64,000 bases of DNA from Octopus vulgaris (GCA_951406725.2 OX597839.1:6448001-6512000); one strand, 5' to 3'. Counted from the stretch's first letter, positions 1 to 12,140 are shown. Translations and numbers: made by a program. Notes: a model not told the origin generated them from the sequence alone.

Positions 1-755
1 ATAAATATGGTATATGAGCGTATCTGCTAATTATATGAAGATGATTCCTGGTATACAAGTGTAGTTACAGTGTCGTAGTGCCACTATCTGCAAGAAAAAG
101 AGAACTTAATTCTTTAGAAGAATTATGATCTATTGCAGCTGAGGGAAGTATGTAGATTCGAGAACTCTCCGTCACTTAGCGGTTCGGCAAGAGAGACCGA
201 TAGATCTCACGACCACCTCAATGGATAGAATATATTTATCAACACGTGCTTTCGTGCTAACAAAAGAGTTCTCATTCTTGACTTGTTACTATGGAAACAG
301 GGATTAATATGTCTGTGGATTATGGCTGGCTAAAATTGGCCAAAACTTGCAAAATTTAAAAGCTATTGACGCTTTACTTATTGATTTATGGCTAAAATGA
401 ATTTTGTGTCAATGGCTAGGATACAAAACTACATCATTACACCAAATATAAAATCAACTGGAACAGAAATTGAAGAAATTGAGAAGTGGCAGCGAAACAG
501 AAAAGATCCCGTGTGTGTATGTGCAAGTCTTTCGTTTCTGTCTGTTACCCGCTTAACAACCGGTGTTGGTGTGTTTACGTTCCTGTAACTTGGTAGTTCG
601 ATAAGAGACAATTACAATAAATACCATGCTTTAAAAAGCAGGTCCTGGTGTCAATTCGATCGACTGAAAAGGCGATGCCATAGCATGACCGCAGTCTAAT
701 GACTGTAACAAATAAAAGATTATATATATATATCTCTAATTTAATATATATATAT

Positions 756-1044
756 AAACAATTGCAGCGTGGAAGGTGTTTGTAAGCCATTTAAGAAACA
801 CACAAAAGCCGTTCGATTCACTTCAACATTTAAGTTTAATTTGTCAAAATATTTTCGTCGCTTTAAGACCGCGACCTGTTCACTGACAAAAATTCGTGCT
901 GCATCCAAATTAAACTTAAATGTTGAAGTGAATCGAACAGCTTTTGTGTGTTTATTAAATGGCTTACAAACACCTTCGACGCGGCAATTGTTTTCGTTTC
1001 AGCACACGATCTCAGATCAAATCACTTGCTATGCAAGTACATCT

Positions 1045-1047
<3 letters not shown>
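756..1047 (-). mobile_element. Penelope-like fragment with inverted arms (756-843 / 906-993) and a hammerhead-like motif in the spacer
   Basis: 88-bp near-perfect inverted arms flanked by (TA)n. The minus strand of 840-890 reads UUUGUCA-GUGAACA-G-GUCGC..GCGAC-GAA-AAUAUU-U-UGACAAA. Confidence 0.65.
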
Positions 1048-1128
<81 letters not shown>

Positions 1129-1244
1129 GTATTTATGTATGTATGTGTATGTATATATTTATATGTATATGTAATTTATATATATGTATATATATATATA
1201 TACATACGTGTATACATACATATATATATACATACGTGTATATA

Positions 1245-1330
<86 letters not shown>

Positions 1331-1348
1331 TACATATATACACACATA
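1048..1348. repeat. (TA)n / (TACA)n compound microsatellite
   Basis: Direct reading. Confidence 0.95.
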
Positions 1349-1839
1349 GATAAATACAAAAACGAAGTACCTATATGTAAACCTGTCTCTTTGTACGTTA
1401 ACACAAGTGTGTATAGACTTAGTGTAGCTGCTGGCGATTGTATTGCTGCAGGCTTCACTGAAAACAACAGGTGATGTTTAATTGATCAGCCACACCTTGC
1501 TGCCTTAACGAGGAAATTGTGAACAGTAAGAAGCGGAAACATTTCATCAATTAAAATACAAAGAAAGCTAAAAGGCTATGACGAATAATTGGAATACATA
1601 AACCTGAACACATAATAATGAGAAGCCAGTATACTAAGCAGTAAAGCTGGTTTGGTAGGGCCTTTCGTTACATATATATATATATATATTAACATATTTC
1701 ATTGACGGTATTACTGTGTATATGTGTAGGTGTTTGTATGGAGGTGTAAGGGTGCCTTTCTATCTGTAGGTTGGCGAGATGATGCTGTCAGGAGCTTGTG
1801 TTTAAGTGGGTGGCTTGGTGTATGCATGTATGTATGTGT

Positions 1840-2224
1840 GGAGGTGCAATGGCCCAGTGGTTAGGGCAGCGGACTCGCGGTCATAGGATCGCGGTTTCGA
1901 TTCCCAGACCGGGCGTTGTGAGTGTTTATTGAGCGAAAACACCTAAAGCTCCACGAGGCTCCCTCCGGCAGGGGATGGTGGTGATCCCTGCTGTACTCTT
2001 TCACCACAACTTTCTCTCACTCTTACTTCCTGTTTCTGTTGTACCTGTATTTCAAAGGGCCTGCCTTGTCACTCTCTGTGTCACGCTGAATATCCCCGAG
2101 AACTACGTTAAGGGTACACGTGTCTGTGGAGTGCTCAGCCACTTACACGTTAATTTCACGAGCAGGCTGTTCCGTTGATCGGATCAACCGGAACCCTCGT
2201 CGTCGTAACCGACGGAGTGCTTCC
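1840..2224 (+). mobile_element. tRNA-derived SINE family A, tail type 1 (full length)
   Basis: A box TGGCCCAGTGG and B box GGTTTCGATTCCC, tRNA-Arg-like head. Near-identical copies at 14908, 26552, 50823 and 54906. Confidence 0.85.
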
Positions 2225-2259
2225 ATTCCATGTATGTATGTATGTATGTATGTATGCAT

Positions 2260-2755
2260 GGTCGGGTCGTCGCCGACTGAACCGGCAACCCCACCAAGCC
2301 TGCTTGGTGAGGAGGGTGTTTATTGGACACCCTGCGGGATGAAAAACAAAACCCGTCAAAGGGCGGAGGAACTCTTGAGAGTCAACGACGGCCATCCAAT
2401 AAATGTCTTAAGGCTGTATCATGCGCGGGGACAGAAATAATCGGACTGAATACCCGATCGCACGGTTAAACCATTGGGAGTGAAGGACTCCTAGCCTTTG
2501 TTAGGGCATCCTTCTAGGAGAGGTAACTCAGGTAACTGGGATAACTCCGACATAAAATCTGCGGCTCAGTGGTTACCGATGATGTTGACTTGCTCTTCTT
2601 TTCGGATTATGGCTGCTTTTGCTTCGTGAGTGGGATTGACTCAGTGCACAGCCTTTCCTCACTTTAAAAAAATCTTCTTGCACAGGCATTGCACGATAAC
2701 AACATTGATTAAGCTTCGTGCAATGGCCATACTCGATAATGAGGGGGCAGCCACC
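2260..2755 (+). mobile_element. ORF-less, probably RTE-derived non-autonomous retroelement inside (ATGT)n
   Basis: GC-rich multi-hairpin 5' part. GGGCATCCTTCTAGGAGAGGTAACTC resembles RTE 5'UTR motifs (from memory). 3' hairpin GGCATTGCACGA..TCGTGCAATGGCC. (ATGT)n on both sides. Confidence 0.55.
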
Positions 2756-3165
2756 ATGTATGTATGTATGTATGTATGTATGTATGTATGTATGTATGTA
2801 TGTATGTATGTATGTATGTGTTGGTGTTTGTATGTAAGTGTTTCTGTCTGGGTAGTTATGAGAATAAATGAAAATATAAGTTTGTGCGTGACTGCGTGTG
2901 TGTGTGTATACTGGTGTGAGATAAAATTCAAATGAATAATATGGAATTCTTTTTACATATGTGCATGTGTGTGAATGATATAGAGTGTGTATATATGCAT
3001 ATATATTTATATGCATGTGTATTAATATTTATGTATGTGTGAACATGTCTGTGTATATATATATATATATATGTATATGTGTGTATGTGTATGACCATTT
3101 CTCTCTCTGTCTACATAAATATATACACATTCAGATACATATAGAGAAAGACACATACACTCTAT

Positions 3166-3414
3166 GGTACTACTTGAGAACGGTGGTCCCGGTGCGCGCA
3201 CTCGGGTACTCGCGCATCAGCGCCAGCTAGTCGTGACTAGTCGATCCTTACTTTGTGTTTTTGTGTGTTATTTACTTTGTTTCAAAAATTATTTACTTTG
3301 TGTTTTATTTACTTTGCTAGGCAGTCGTTGCAGGATCGACTAGTCACGACTAGCTAGCGCGGATGCGCGACTACGCCAGTGCGCGCACCGGCTCCACTGT
3401 TCTCAAGTAGTACC
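3166..3414. mobile_element. MITE / fold-back element with ~80-bp imperfect TIRs (Merlin-like termini)
   Basis: Termini GGTACTACTTGAGAAC...GTTCTCAAGTAGTACC. Flanks CACTCTAT/CACCATAT match at 6 of 8 positions (degenerate TSD). Confidence 0.75.
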
Positions 3415-3538
3415 CACCATATTACACACCCACTAATACAAACACATACAGATATGCATATATATATATACATATATACATACATATATATATATATATA
3501 TATGTATGTATATATATATATATACATAATATACATAC

Positions 3539-3593
<55 letters not shown>

Positions 3594-3636
3594 TATACAT
3601 ATATACATACATATATATATATATATACACATATAC

Positions 3637-3686
<50 letters not shown>

Positions 3687-4241
3687 GCCTCCAGCTACTG
3701 AGAAAAGCGTACCCTCCCTGCACACACACACATACATATTTGTACATATTTAAATACTTATACACCTGTATACGTGTGAATGTGTGTGTTCAGCCGTGTA
3801 TATGTGCAGAGGTGTATTCTCTTTTTACTGTGGCCGGAGAAACAGCAAAAAATATGCACATGTCTATCAAGGTGTGTAATGTCGAAGTATATAATTTTTA
3901 AGAAATAGAAACAAGTTAACAGCAAAACGTGGAAGATTAAACAATACGAACTACGAAGCAAACATTTGGACAAAACAATAATTTAGAACAACAGAAATGA
4001 GACGAAAATGAGGAAAGGGCAACAAAGAAAAAGTTCGCCGGAGTTACGAGTAGCAATTAATTTAACCTCTTTTCCCCGTTTTATTGGCGACACAGTTAAT
4101 AATTAACTTATTAAATATGACATTGTGTGAGTCAAATTCTTTTGTATTTATGAGTTGTACACACACACACACACACACACACTCACCACTCGCGAACATA
4201 TATGAAAAAGGCAAATGTCATGGGCTTTATATCTATATATG

Positions 4242-4284
<43 letters not shown>

Positions 4285-4325
4285 CGAAGACAGGTGTGTA
4301 TATATATATATATATACGAAGATAG

Positions 4326-4374
<49 letters not shown>

Positions 4375-4378
<4 letters not shown>

Positions 4379-4493
4379 CTGCTCGCTTTGCCAGCGGGGT
4401 GGCGTCATTTGAAGGCTAAAAAACAATGCGAAGCGCATTGTGACCAGCGATGTGTAACAACATCTGATGGACTGGTCGGTCACGGTGATCACG

Positions 4494-4498
<5 letters not shown>
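4375..4498 (+). mobile_element. 5'-truncated SINE A tail type 2
   Basis: Matches the tail of the 12366-12667 element and 52199-52327. Contains hairpin ACAATGCG-AAG-CGCATTGT. Confidence 0.75.
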
Positions 4499-4548
<50 letters not shown>

Positions 4549-4553
<5 letters not shown>

Positions 4554-4754
4554 ATCCAAACAAGAAAGCACAAAAAAAACACAACAACGCGAGGACGTGG
4601 AACAAATATAGTATTATTGGACGCTCAGGAAAGAAGGAAAGAAGGAGCGTTTAACGTTTCGAGCGGAGCTCTTCGTCGGAAACATAGGAGAAGGAAAGAT
4701 CCAGAGAAGGGAAGACAGAGGGGAAAAAATCGCCAACGGTATGCACGCGGTCAC
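4549..4754 (-). mobile_element. Penelope-like pLTR fragment family E1 (hammerhead-like motif 4649-4683)
   Basis: Lies within (TA)n. Copies at 22610, 32067 and 44465. Motif GUUU-CCGACGA-A-GAGC-UCC-GCUC-GAA-ACGU-U-AAAC. Confidence 0.7.
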
Positions 4755-4781
4755 GCATATATATATATATATATATATATA

Positions 4782-4978
4782 CACCATGATCGTTAGCCAC
4801 TACACACATTTATTTCGCTCCTTGTTTTTCTCCTTGTTTTTTTCTGTGTACCTTTCTGTAGAAGAGCGTAGGCTCGAAACGTAAAAGACTTTTTCTATTC
4901 CTGAGCGTTATACTAATACATCTGTTTGTTTTGTACACCACCCGTCTTCGTCTTTTGTTTTTTTCCGTAAACTCTCCC
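4782..4978 (+). mobile_element. Penelope-like pLTR fragment family E2 (hammerhead-like motif 4852-4887)
   Basis: Lies within (TA)n. Copies at 42970, 51617 and 55501. Motif CUUU-CUGUAGA-A-GAGC-GUAG-GCUC-GAA-ACGU-A-AAAG. Confidence 0.7.
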
Positions 4979-5053
4979 TATATATATATATATACTGTTG
5001 TGTCTGGGGAGAGTCATTCTCTTTTAGTGCCTTATAATCTAACACACGCACCA

Positions 5054-5229
5054 CTCATGCTCGGAATGGTCAGTGGCAAGAGAGGAAGAGGCCGACCAAG
5101 AACCCGCTGGCTTGACACCATCAAGAGTGATACTGGAATGGACATAGCCAATCTGAAAGAAGCGGTCCACGATAGAACTGACTGGAGGACACTGATCCAT
5201 CGAGTAACCGAGAGTCGACTTCGACTGAG

Positions 5230-5233
<4 letters not shown>
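5054..5233 (+). mobile_element. RTE (BovB-like) LINE 3' end, 5'-truncated
   Basis: Translation [60 protein letters not shown] matches the BovB/RTE ORF C-terminus pattern (GRRRRGRQRMRWLD..DREAWR..SRTRL). Confidence 0.85.
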
Positions 5234-5284
<51 letters not shown>

Positions 5285-5287
5285 GTG

Positions 5288-5326
<39 letters not shown>

Positions 5327-5414
5327 ACACATACATAAATAGATGTTTGGCTGAATATACATGCATACAAATATATTTATCTGTCTTTATTATAACTCAA
5401 CGTAAAACACCCAT

Positions 5415-5447
<33 letters not shown>

Positions 5448-5535
5448 CAAATATCTGTCTTTGTCATTTGTTTTCTGTAAATTTCAACTATATATACAAA
5501 GATATATGCAAGCAGACAGGTACATAGATAGACAT

Positions 5536-5566
<31 letters not shown>

Positions 5567-5753
5567 TGACTACTATAGTTAAGAGCACTTAAGAGGTTTT
5601 TTTCAAATTTTGGCACAAGGCCAGCAAGTTTAGAGGAGAGAATATGTCGATTTCATCGATCTCATTGTTCAACTGCTACTTATTTTATCGACCCCGAAAG
5701 GATAAAAGGCAAAGTCGACATCGGCGTCATTTGAACTCAGAACATAAAGATGG

Positions 5754-6502
5754 ACGAAATGTCGCTAAGTACTTTTCCCTGCGTGCTAACGATACTGCCA
5801 GCTCACCATCTTGTTTCCACCGTATATTCGCTAAAGAAAATATTCTAATATTGAGACATATAAATCCTGTTACGGGGGGGGGGGAGAATGATCCTCAGCA
5901 CGCATAAGAATCGAACCTACACCTCTTATTTTCATTACGAAATTATTTTTTTTACCATTACGGTTTTTATATATTCAAATGTTACACAATTTTCGATAGC
6001 CAATATACGCTGAAGAAAGGCGGCGAGCTGGCAGAACCGTTAGCACGCCGGGCGAAATGCTTAGCAGTATTTCGTTTGCCGCTACGTTCTGAGTTCAAAT
6101 TCCGCCGAGGTCGACTTTGCCTTTCATCCTTACGAAATGTCGCTAAGTACTTTTCCCCGCGTGCTAACGATACTGCCAGCTCACCACTTTGTTTTCACCG
6201 TATATTGGCTAAAGAAAATACTCTAATATTGAGACATATAAATCCTGTAACGGGGGGAAGAATGATCATCAGCACACATAGGAATCGAACCTACACCTCT
6301 TATTTTCATTACGAATTTTTTTTTTACCATTACGGTTTTTATATATTCAAATGTTACACAATTTTCGATAGTCAATATACGCTGAAGAAAGGCGGCGAGC
6401 TGGCAGAAACGTTAGCACGCCGGGCGAAATGCTTAGCAGTATTTCGTTTGCCGCTACGTTCTGAGTTCAAATTCCGCCGAGGTCGACTTTGCTTTTCATT
6501 CT
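5754..6502. repeat. Tandem duplication of about 375 bp including SINE C pieces
   Basis: ACGAAATGTCGCTAAGTACTTTTCCC occurs at 5754 and 6132, followed by long near-identical sequence. Confidence 0.9.
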
Positions 6503-6805
6503 TTCGGGGTCGATTAAAAAAGTACCAGTTACGCACTGGCGTCGATATAATCGACTTAATCTGTTTGTCTGTCCTTGTTTGTCCTCTCTGTGTTTAGCCC
6601 CTTGTGGGTAGTAAAGAAATAAGTATTTCGTTTGCCGCTACGTTCTGAGTTCAAATTCCGCCGAGGTCGACTTTGCCTTTCATCCTTTCGGGGTCGATTA
6701 AATAAGTACCAGTTACGTACTGGGGTCAGTGTAATCGATTTAGTTCCTTTGTCTGTCCCTGTTTGTCCCCTCTATGTTTAGCCCCTTGTGGGCAATAAAG
6801 AATTG
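6391..6805 (+). mobile_element. SINE family C (head + 2 body units), Meta-domain-like core
   Basis: A box TGGCAGAAACG and B box GAGTTCAAATTCC. Core GCCTTTCATCCTTTCGGGGTCGA..AAGTACC. 15-bp TSD AATATACGCTGAAGA at 6374-6388 and 6806-6820. Confidence 0.85.
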
Positions 6806-7503
6806 AATATACGCTGAAGACTCTTAATTCCATTTACAACACACACACAGACACACACCGACACACACCAAAAGATCCTCATTGAAATGGGGGATATCGC
6901 CACGGAAAGAGATCCCTCTGTGTCGTCAGAATCACTTCCGCCCAAACAAGGACGTGTGTACATCATTATTCCTCTAGCCGGAGAAAATTTCGGAGGCGGG
7001 TGGGTGGCAGAAAGGCGGGGGAAGGAACCTCTGCGAAAAAAAAAAGAAAAGAAAGGAAAAGGTCCCACCCCTCCACACCTTTTTTTTACTGTTCTAATCA
7101 ATGACTTTGCTCCCACCTTTTCTCCTTCAGATTATTATCACCGTTTCAACAATCTGTGAACAATTATTCTTATTGTAAACTTATAAAGACTTAAATATAT
7201 ATAAATCTGGTCCATTTGAACTCCACCCAACTTGTTTTGACTGGCTCCCTTCAGGAACGAAACCTGTTCATTTATTTCTTAATGTTGCTATTTATTTATT
7301 TAATTGTTTGTTTGCTTGTTTGTATGTTTGTTCGTTTGTTTATTCTAACCAGTCAATGGTATAAAATACAGTTGATATTTCGTGAAATTGAAAATACGTG
7401 TACTAAGTTAGGTTTGCAAAGATTTCGAGCAACACCGCCCTCTCTCATCTTCATGTGTCTGCATGCATGTGTTTGACTGTTTCTTTGCTGGTGTGTGTGT
7501 GTA

Positions 7504-7548
<45 letters not shown>

Positions 7549-8323
7549 CAAAACTCTAAGTGCTTGTATGTGAAGAGAGAGAATGCTTTAAAACTCATAA
7601 AATTCCGCCTCCTTATGGGGCCAATTACGCATACGTCATTGGACGTAAGTTCGTTAATGACTGTATGTATCTACAGTATATGCGCATGTACGAGTGTGTG
7701 TGTGTGTTTGTACATGTGTATGTGTTCGTTCATATGTTAGATTTTTGTGCAGTGAATATACATACAGTGGATATATATATTTGTATTATTTATATAAACA
7801 TATGTACTTATACGTACATAACTATGTGTATGTATATGTGTGTGTGTGAGTGCGTACGTGTGTGTATCTACTGTATATGTGCATGTACGAGTGTGAGTGT
7901 GTGTATGTCTGGGTGTGTATGTATGCGTGCGTTCGACATATGTTAGATTTTTGTGCAGTGAATATACATACAGTGGATATATATATATATATATATATAT
8001 TTGTATAATATTATATATATAAACATATTTACTTATATGTACATAACTATAAATGTTTGTACGTGTGTATGTATATGTGTGTGTGTGTGTGAGTGCATGC
8101 GTGTATGTATGTGTGTGTACAATATATACGTACGTACCCTTATATAGATGAAAGTTTCGTACATCTAAATTAACAACGCGTTACGGGTGGTCTAAAAATG
8201 CACGATAGCTTAGTAAGCTAATGGTAATCTATTAGTACCCTATTAAGATATTAACATATTCCAAGATGAGGTAAGCGATAATATTGAAAGTAACCAATAA
8301 TACTCCCGTAAGTATATACGTGC

Positions 8324-8402
<79 letters not shown>

Positions 8403-8702
8403 CATATATATACATACATATATAAATATATATCTATATATATATACGTACATATATATAATATATATTCATATATATATATACATATACATACATACAT
8501 ATATACATACATATATATATACATACATATATACATATACATACATACATATATACATACATACATATATATATACATACATATATACATACATATATAT
8601 ATACATACATACATACATACCTACATACATATATACATACATATATATATACATATATATATATGTATATATATACATATATATATGTATATATATATAT
8701 AT

Positions 8703-8767
<65 letters not shown>

Positions 8768-9094
8768 CGCAGATACACTTATACTTATATGTGTCATGTG
8801 CTTTTCTTCCGCCGTATAACACTATCGTATTTCTTTTCAGAAATTTCAGTCTTAACCACTTATACCACGACAGGTGTTATTAATAAAACCCAGTTATTAG
8901 CAACACCACGTGACCGATTAAGTTATTCATCATATGGCCAATCAGTTAATCCACTCTTAATCTGAAAGGCGGGGTAATTGCTGGTACTCCCAAACCAGCA
9001 TAGTCTTATTCTCACAGAATTTCATTTGCTTTCATACTCCTGTGAGGAATTCTGCCCATGTATGTATGTATGGGTGCGCGCGCATGTGTATAAG

Positions 9095-9610
9095 TAGACT
9101 ACGGCCAAGCTGGAGCACTGTCTTGAAGAATTCGGCCCCAGTTCTAATTTCTAAGCGTGATTCCTGGTCTTCCGGACCTTTTTGCTGAGCCGCTAGTTTG
9201 CGGGGAGGCAAACACACCAACACCGGTTCTCAAGCGGTGGAGGACACACACACACATATACGATGGACTTCTTTCAGTTTTCGTCTAATCAGATCCACTC
9301 ACCACAAGGATTTGGTCGGCCCGAGGCTAGAGCCAAAAGACACAAGGTGCCACGCAGTAGGACTGAACCCGAGATCATATAGTTGGGAAGCAGATTTCTT
9401 ACCATATAGCCACTCCTGCGCCTCTATGTAGGCTTATATCCATATATATGTGTGTATATTTGTCTGAGCTCGAAACTGAGCGGTTCGGCATAAAAAACCG
9501 ATGGAATAAGTAACAAACTTGAAAAAATGTACTGAGGTTGATTTTCTCCGACTAAACTTTCGAAGGTGGTGCAGTAGCATGGCCGCAGTCTATAGACCGA
9601 TGCAAGTAAA
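9095..9610. mobile_element. Degenerate SINE B copies (minus 9095-9428; plus-strand tail ~9450-9610)
   Basis: Diverged matches to the family B head and tail. Confidence 0.6.
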
Positions 9611-9813
9611 AAAAAGCACACACAATACTTCCTCATAAAAGGACACAGTATGTAATGTGGTCCTGACCTTTCTACACATTGGAGGAATAAAGCGGGATGG
9701 TCACGTCTGGATTACCTTTGATCATAAACTTGCTCAATCAAAACTGACCTCAGGTTAAACCACTGCAATACCAAGAATAACTAAAGCAGTTTTGGACGAT
9801 GATCGATGCCGAA

Positions 9814-9882
9814 AATATCTAGGTCAGCAAAAGTAGGTCAATGCATCTAGGTCAACACATCTAGGTCAATATAACTAGGTCA
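9814..9882 (+). promoter_or_regulatory. Cluster of five TAGGTCA nuclear-receptor half-sites (RORE-like), 14-bp period
   Basis: AGGTCA at 9821, 9835, 9849, 9863 and 9877. Three sites match WAWNTAGGTCA. Confidence 0.5.
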
Positions 9883-10617
9883 CCGTCTTCAAGAAAACAA
9901 CGTGTTTAAGGCTTTGACAGTGCATCAAATGAGTCAAATTTCGAACCGGTAAAGGTGCCTCCACTATGCAGCAGCATTACTTGGCCTGCAAACAACAACA
10001 GCTAAATCTCCCTCAAATCGCAAAGACAACAACAGTTTTTGGTAGACATAAGGCGGGATGGCCGGAGTTAGAAGGTCTTTGATTATAGCTCTACAGGACA
10101 AGAACTCTTACGAGTATGGTGGGGCGCTAAACATCAACAACCGTAAATTGCTGGTGACTGAAGCACTAAGAATGTAATAAATAGTAGTAGTAGTAGTAGT
10201 AGTAGTAGTAGGGGAGAAACGAACAGAGAAGAGGAAGAAGGAGTTGAAGGGGAGAAGGAAGCGGGGACAGAAGGGGAACAATAAGGAGACAAAACACATG
10301 GAAAGGTAGCGGAAGTAATAAAAGAAGGAAAAGAAGGGAAGAGAAGGGAGAGGAGGAAGTAGTAGTAAAAGTAATAGTTGTGGTGGTGATGTTAGTAGTA
10401 GTAGTAGTAGTAGCAGTAGTAGTAGTAGATTTAATTCCCCTATTGTACAGTATCTGGCCCTCATTAGGTATTCAATAGAAGAAGAAGAAGAAGAAGAAGA
10501 AGAAGAAGAAGAAGAAGAAGAAGAAGAAGAAAGGGACAGGTCGTGAGATGGAGAATAAGAAAGAACGATGAGACGAATAAGAATTATGAAGAAAAAATGA
10601 ATTGCGGGAAAGAGGAG

Positions 10618-10694
<77 letters not shown>

Positions 10695-10754
10695 AAAAGA
10701 AAGAAAGTGAAAGAGAGAGGGAGAGATAAACAGACAAACAGACGGAAAGTAGAA

Positions 10755-10786
<32 letters not shown>

Positions 10787-10999
10787 AGGAAAGAAAAGAA
10801 GAAAATAGGAGAGAGAGAAAACGTGCCTGTGACAAAGAGAGAAAGAGAAAATGTGTGGAGAGAGAGAGAGAGGGATAATAAATTGGGAAAGAAAGAGGAC
10901 AGAATACAGAGAAAGCGAAAGAGAGAGAGAGAAAGAATATGTGTGTGTGTGTGTATGTGTCTGTGTCTATGTGTCCGTGTTTATGTGTAAGTATGTGTT

Positions 11000-11030
<31 letters not shown>

Positions 11031-11520
11031 CGGTGGGTGGAGAAGGAGAGGGTTTTTCTCTGTTTCTTTATAAAGAAGCCTTAACCCGGCTCAACAAATG
11101 GCGGAGCTGACTGTGCAGAGAGAAAAACAACGTCTGGGTGGTTTGTCTTCTCAATAAAGTATTATTTAGACTTCTAAGCAAACTTGGACGTTAAGCACAC
11201 AGACTCAGGGTGGTTTTTCCAGACGTCCCTTTTGTGTCATGTATCCCATATAAACCACGTCAAGAGAACAGTATTGCTTCTGAAGGCATTATGAAGGCCT
11301 CTTTGTGTCTACATAGTCGTAATCACACGCCAAATATAACACCGTGACTGGTGTCATAAAAATAAAGGCAAAAACAAGAGCGAGTTCATTGTTTCTGCGA
11401 TTGTGTTCGTATAGAATATACCTAAGAGCTAGCTTTGCGGTGTCTTTTACTGTTCTTCGTTGTGGGAATAGGGCGAGGAAAACTGTGAGCTGGTGGTGGG
11501 GAAATGTTATGGGATTGCGT

Positions 11521-12140
11521 GTGTGTGTGTGTGTGTGTCTGTGTGTGTGTGTATACGGATGCGTTAAAACGGAGGGTCTCTCAGTGTACGAAGTGACACA
11601 ATGATATTCATTAATTCATACATACATACATATAGGCGTAGGGGTGGCTGTGTGGTAAGTAGCTTGCTTACCGACCACATGGTTCAGGGTTCAGTCCCAC
11701 TAGGTGGAACCTTGGGCAGGTGTCTTCTATTATAGCCTCGGGCCGACCAAAGCCTTGTTAGTGGATTTGGTAGACGGAAACTGAAAGAAGGCCGTCGTAT
11801 ATATGCATATATATGTATGTGTGTGTATGTGTTTGTGTCTGTGTGTGTGTGTATAAGGATGCGTTAAAATTGAGGGTCTCTGAGTGTACGAAGTGACACA
11901 ATGATATTCATTAATTCATACATACATACATACATACATACATATAGGCGTAGGGGTGGCTGTGTGGTAAGTAGCTTACTTACCGACCACATGGTTCAGG
12001 GTTCAGTCCCACTACGTGGAACCTTGGGCAGGTGTCCTCTACTATAGCCTCAGGCCGACCAAAGCCTTGTGAGTGGATTTGGTAGACGGAAACTGAAAGA
12101 AGCCCGTCGTTTATATGTATATATATGTGTGTGTGTGTCT
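11521..12140. repeat. Tandem duplication of about 300 bp (unique flank + SINE B head)
   Basis: GTATA(C/A)GGATGCGTTAAAA..GAGGGTCTC at 11551 and 11851, with (GT)n at the junctions. Confidence 0.85.

Noticed and set aside
1446-1476. Possible 19-nt micro-exon (CAG|..CAG|GTGATG)
   Set aside because: Weak polypyrimidine tract, not frame-preserving, and no partner exons.
1840-1915. tRNA gene
   Set aside because: tRNA-like SINE head with no proper acceptor stem or terminator; it continues into the SINE body. The same holds for all A, B and C heads.
9620-10140. Old repeat remnants sharing GGGATGG..TCTTTGATCATA..CTAAACAAC (also ~16215, 33065, 36180, 59770)
   Set aside because: Too diverged to define boundaries or family by eye.
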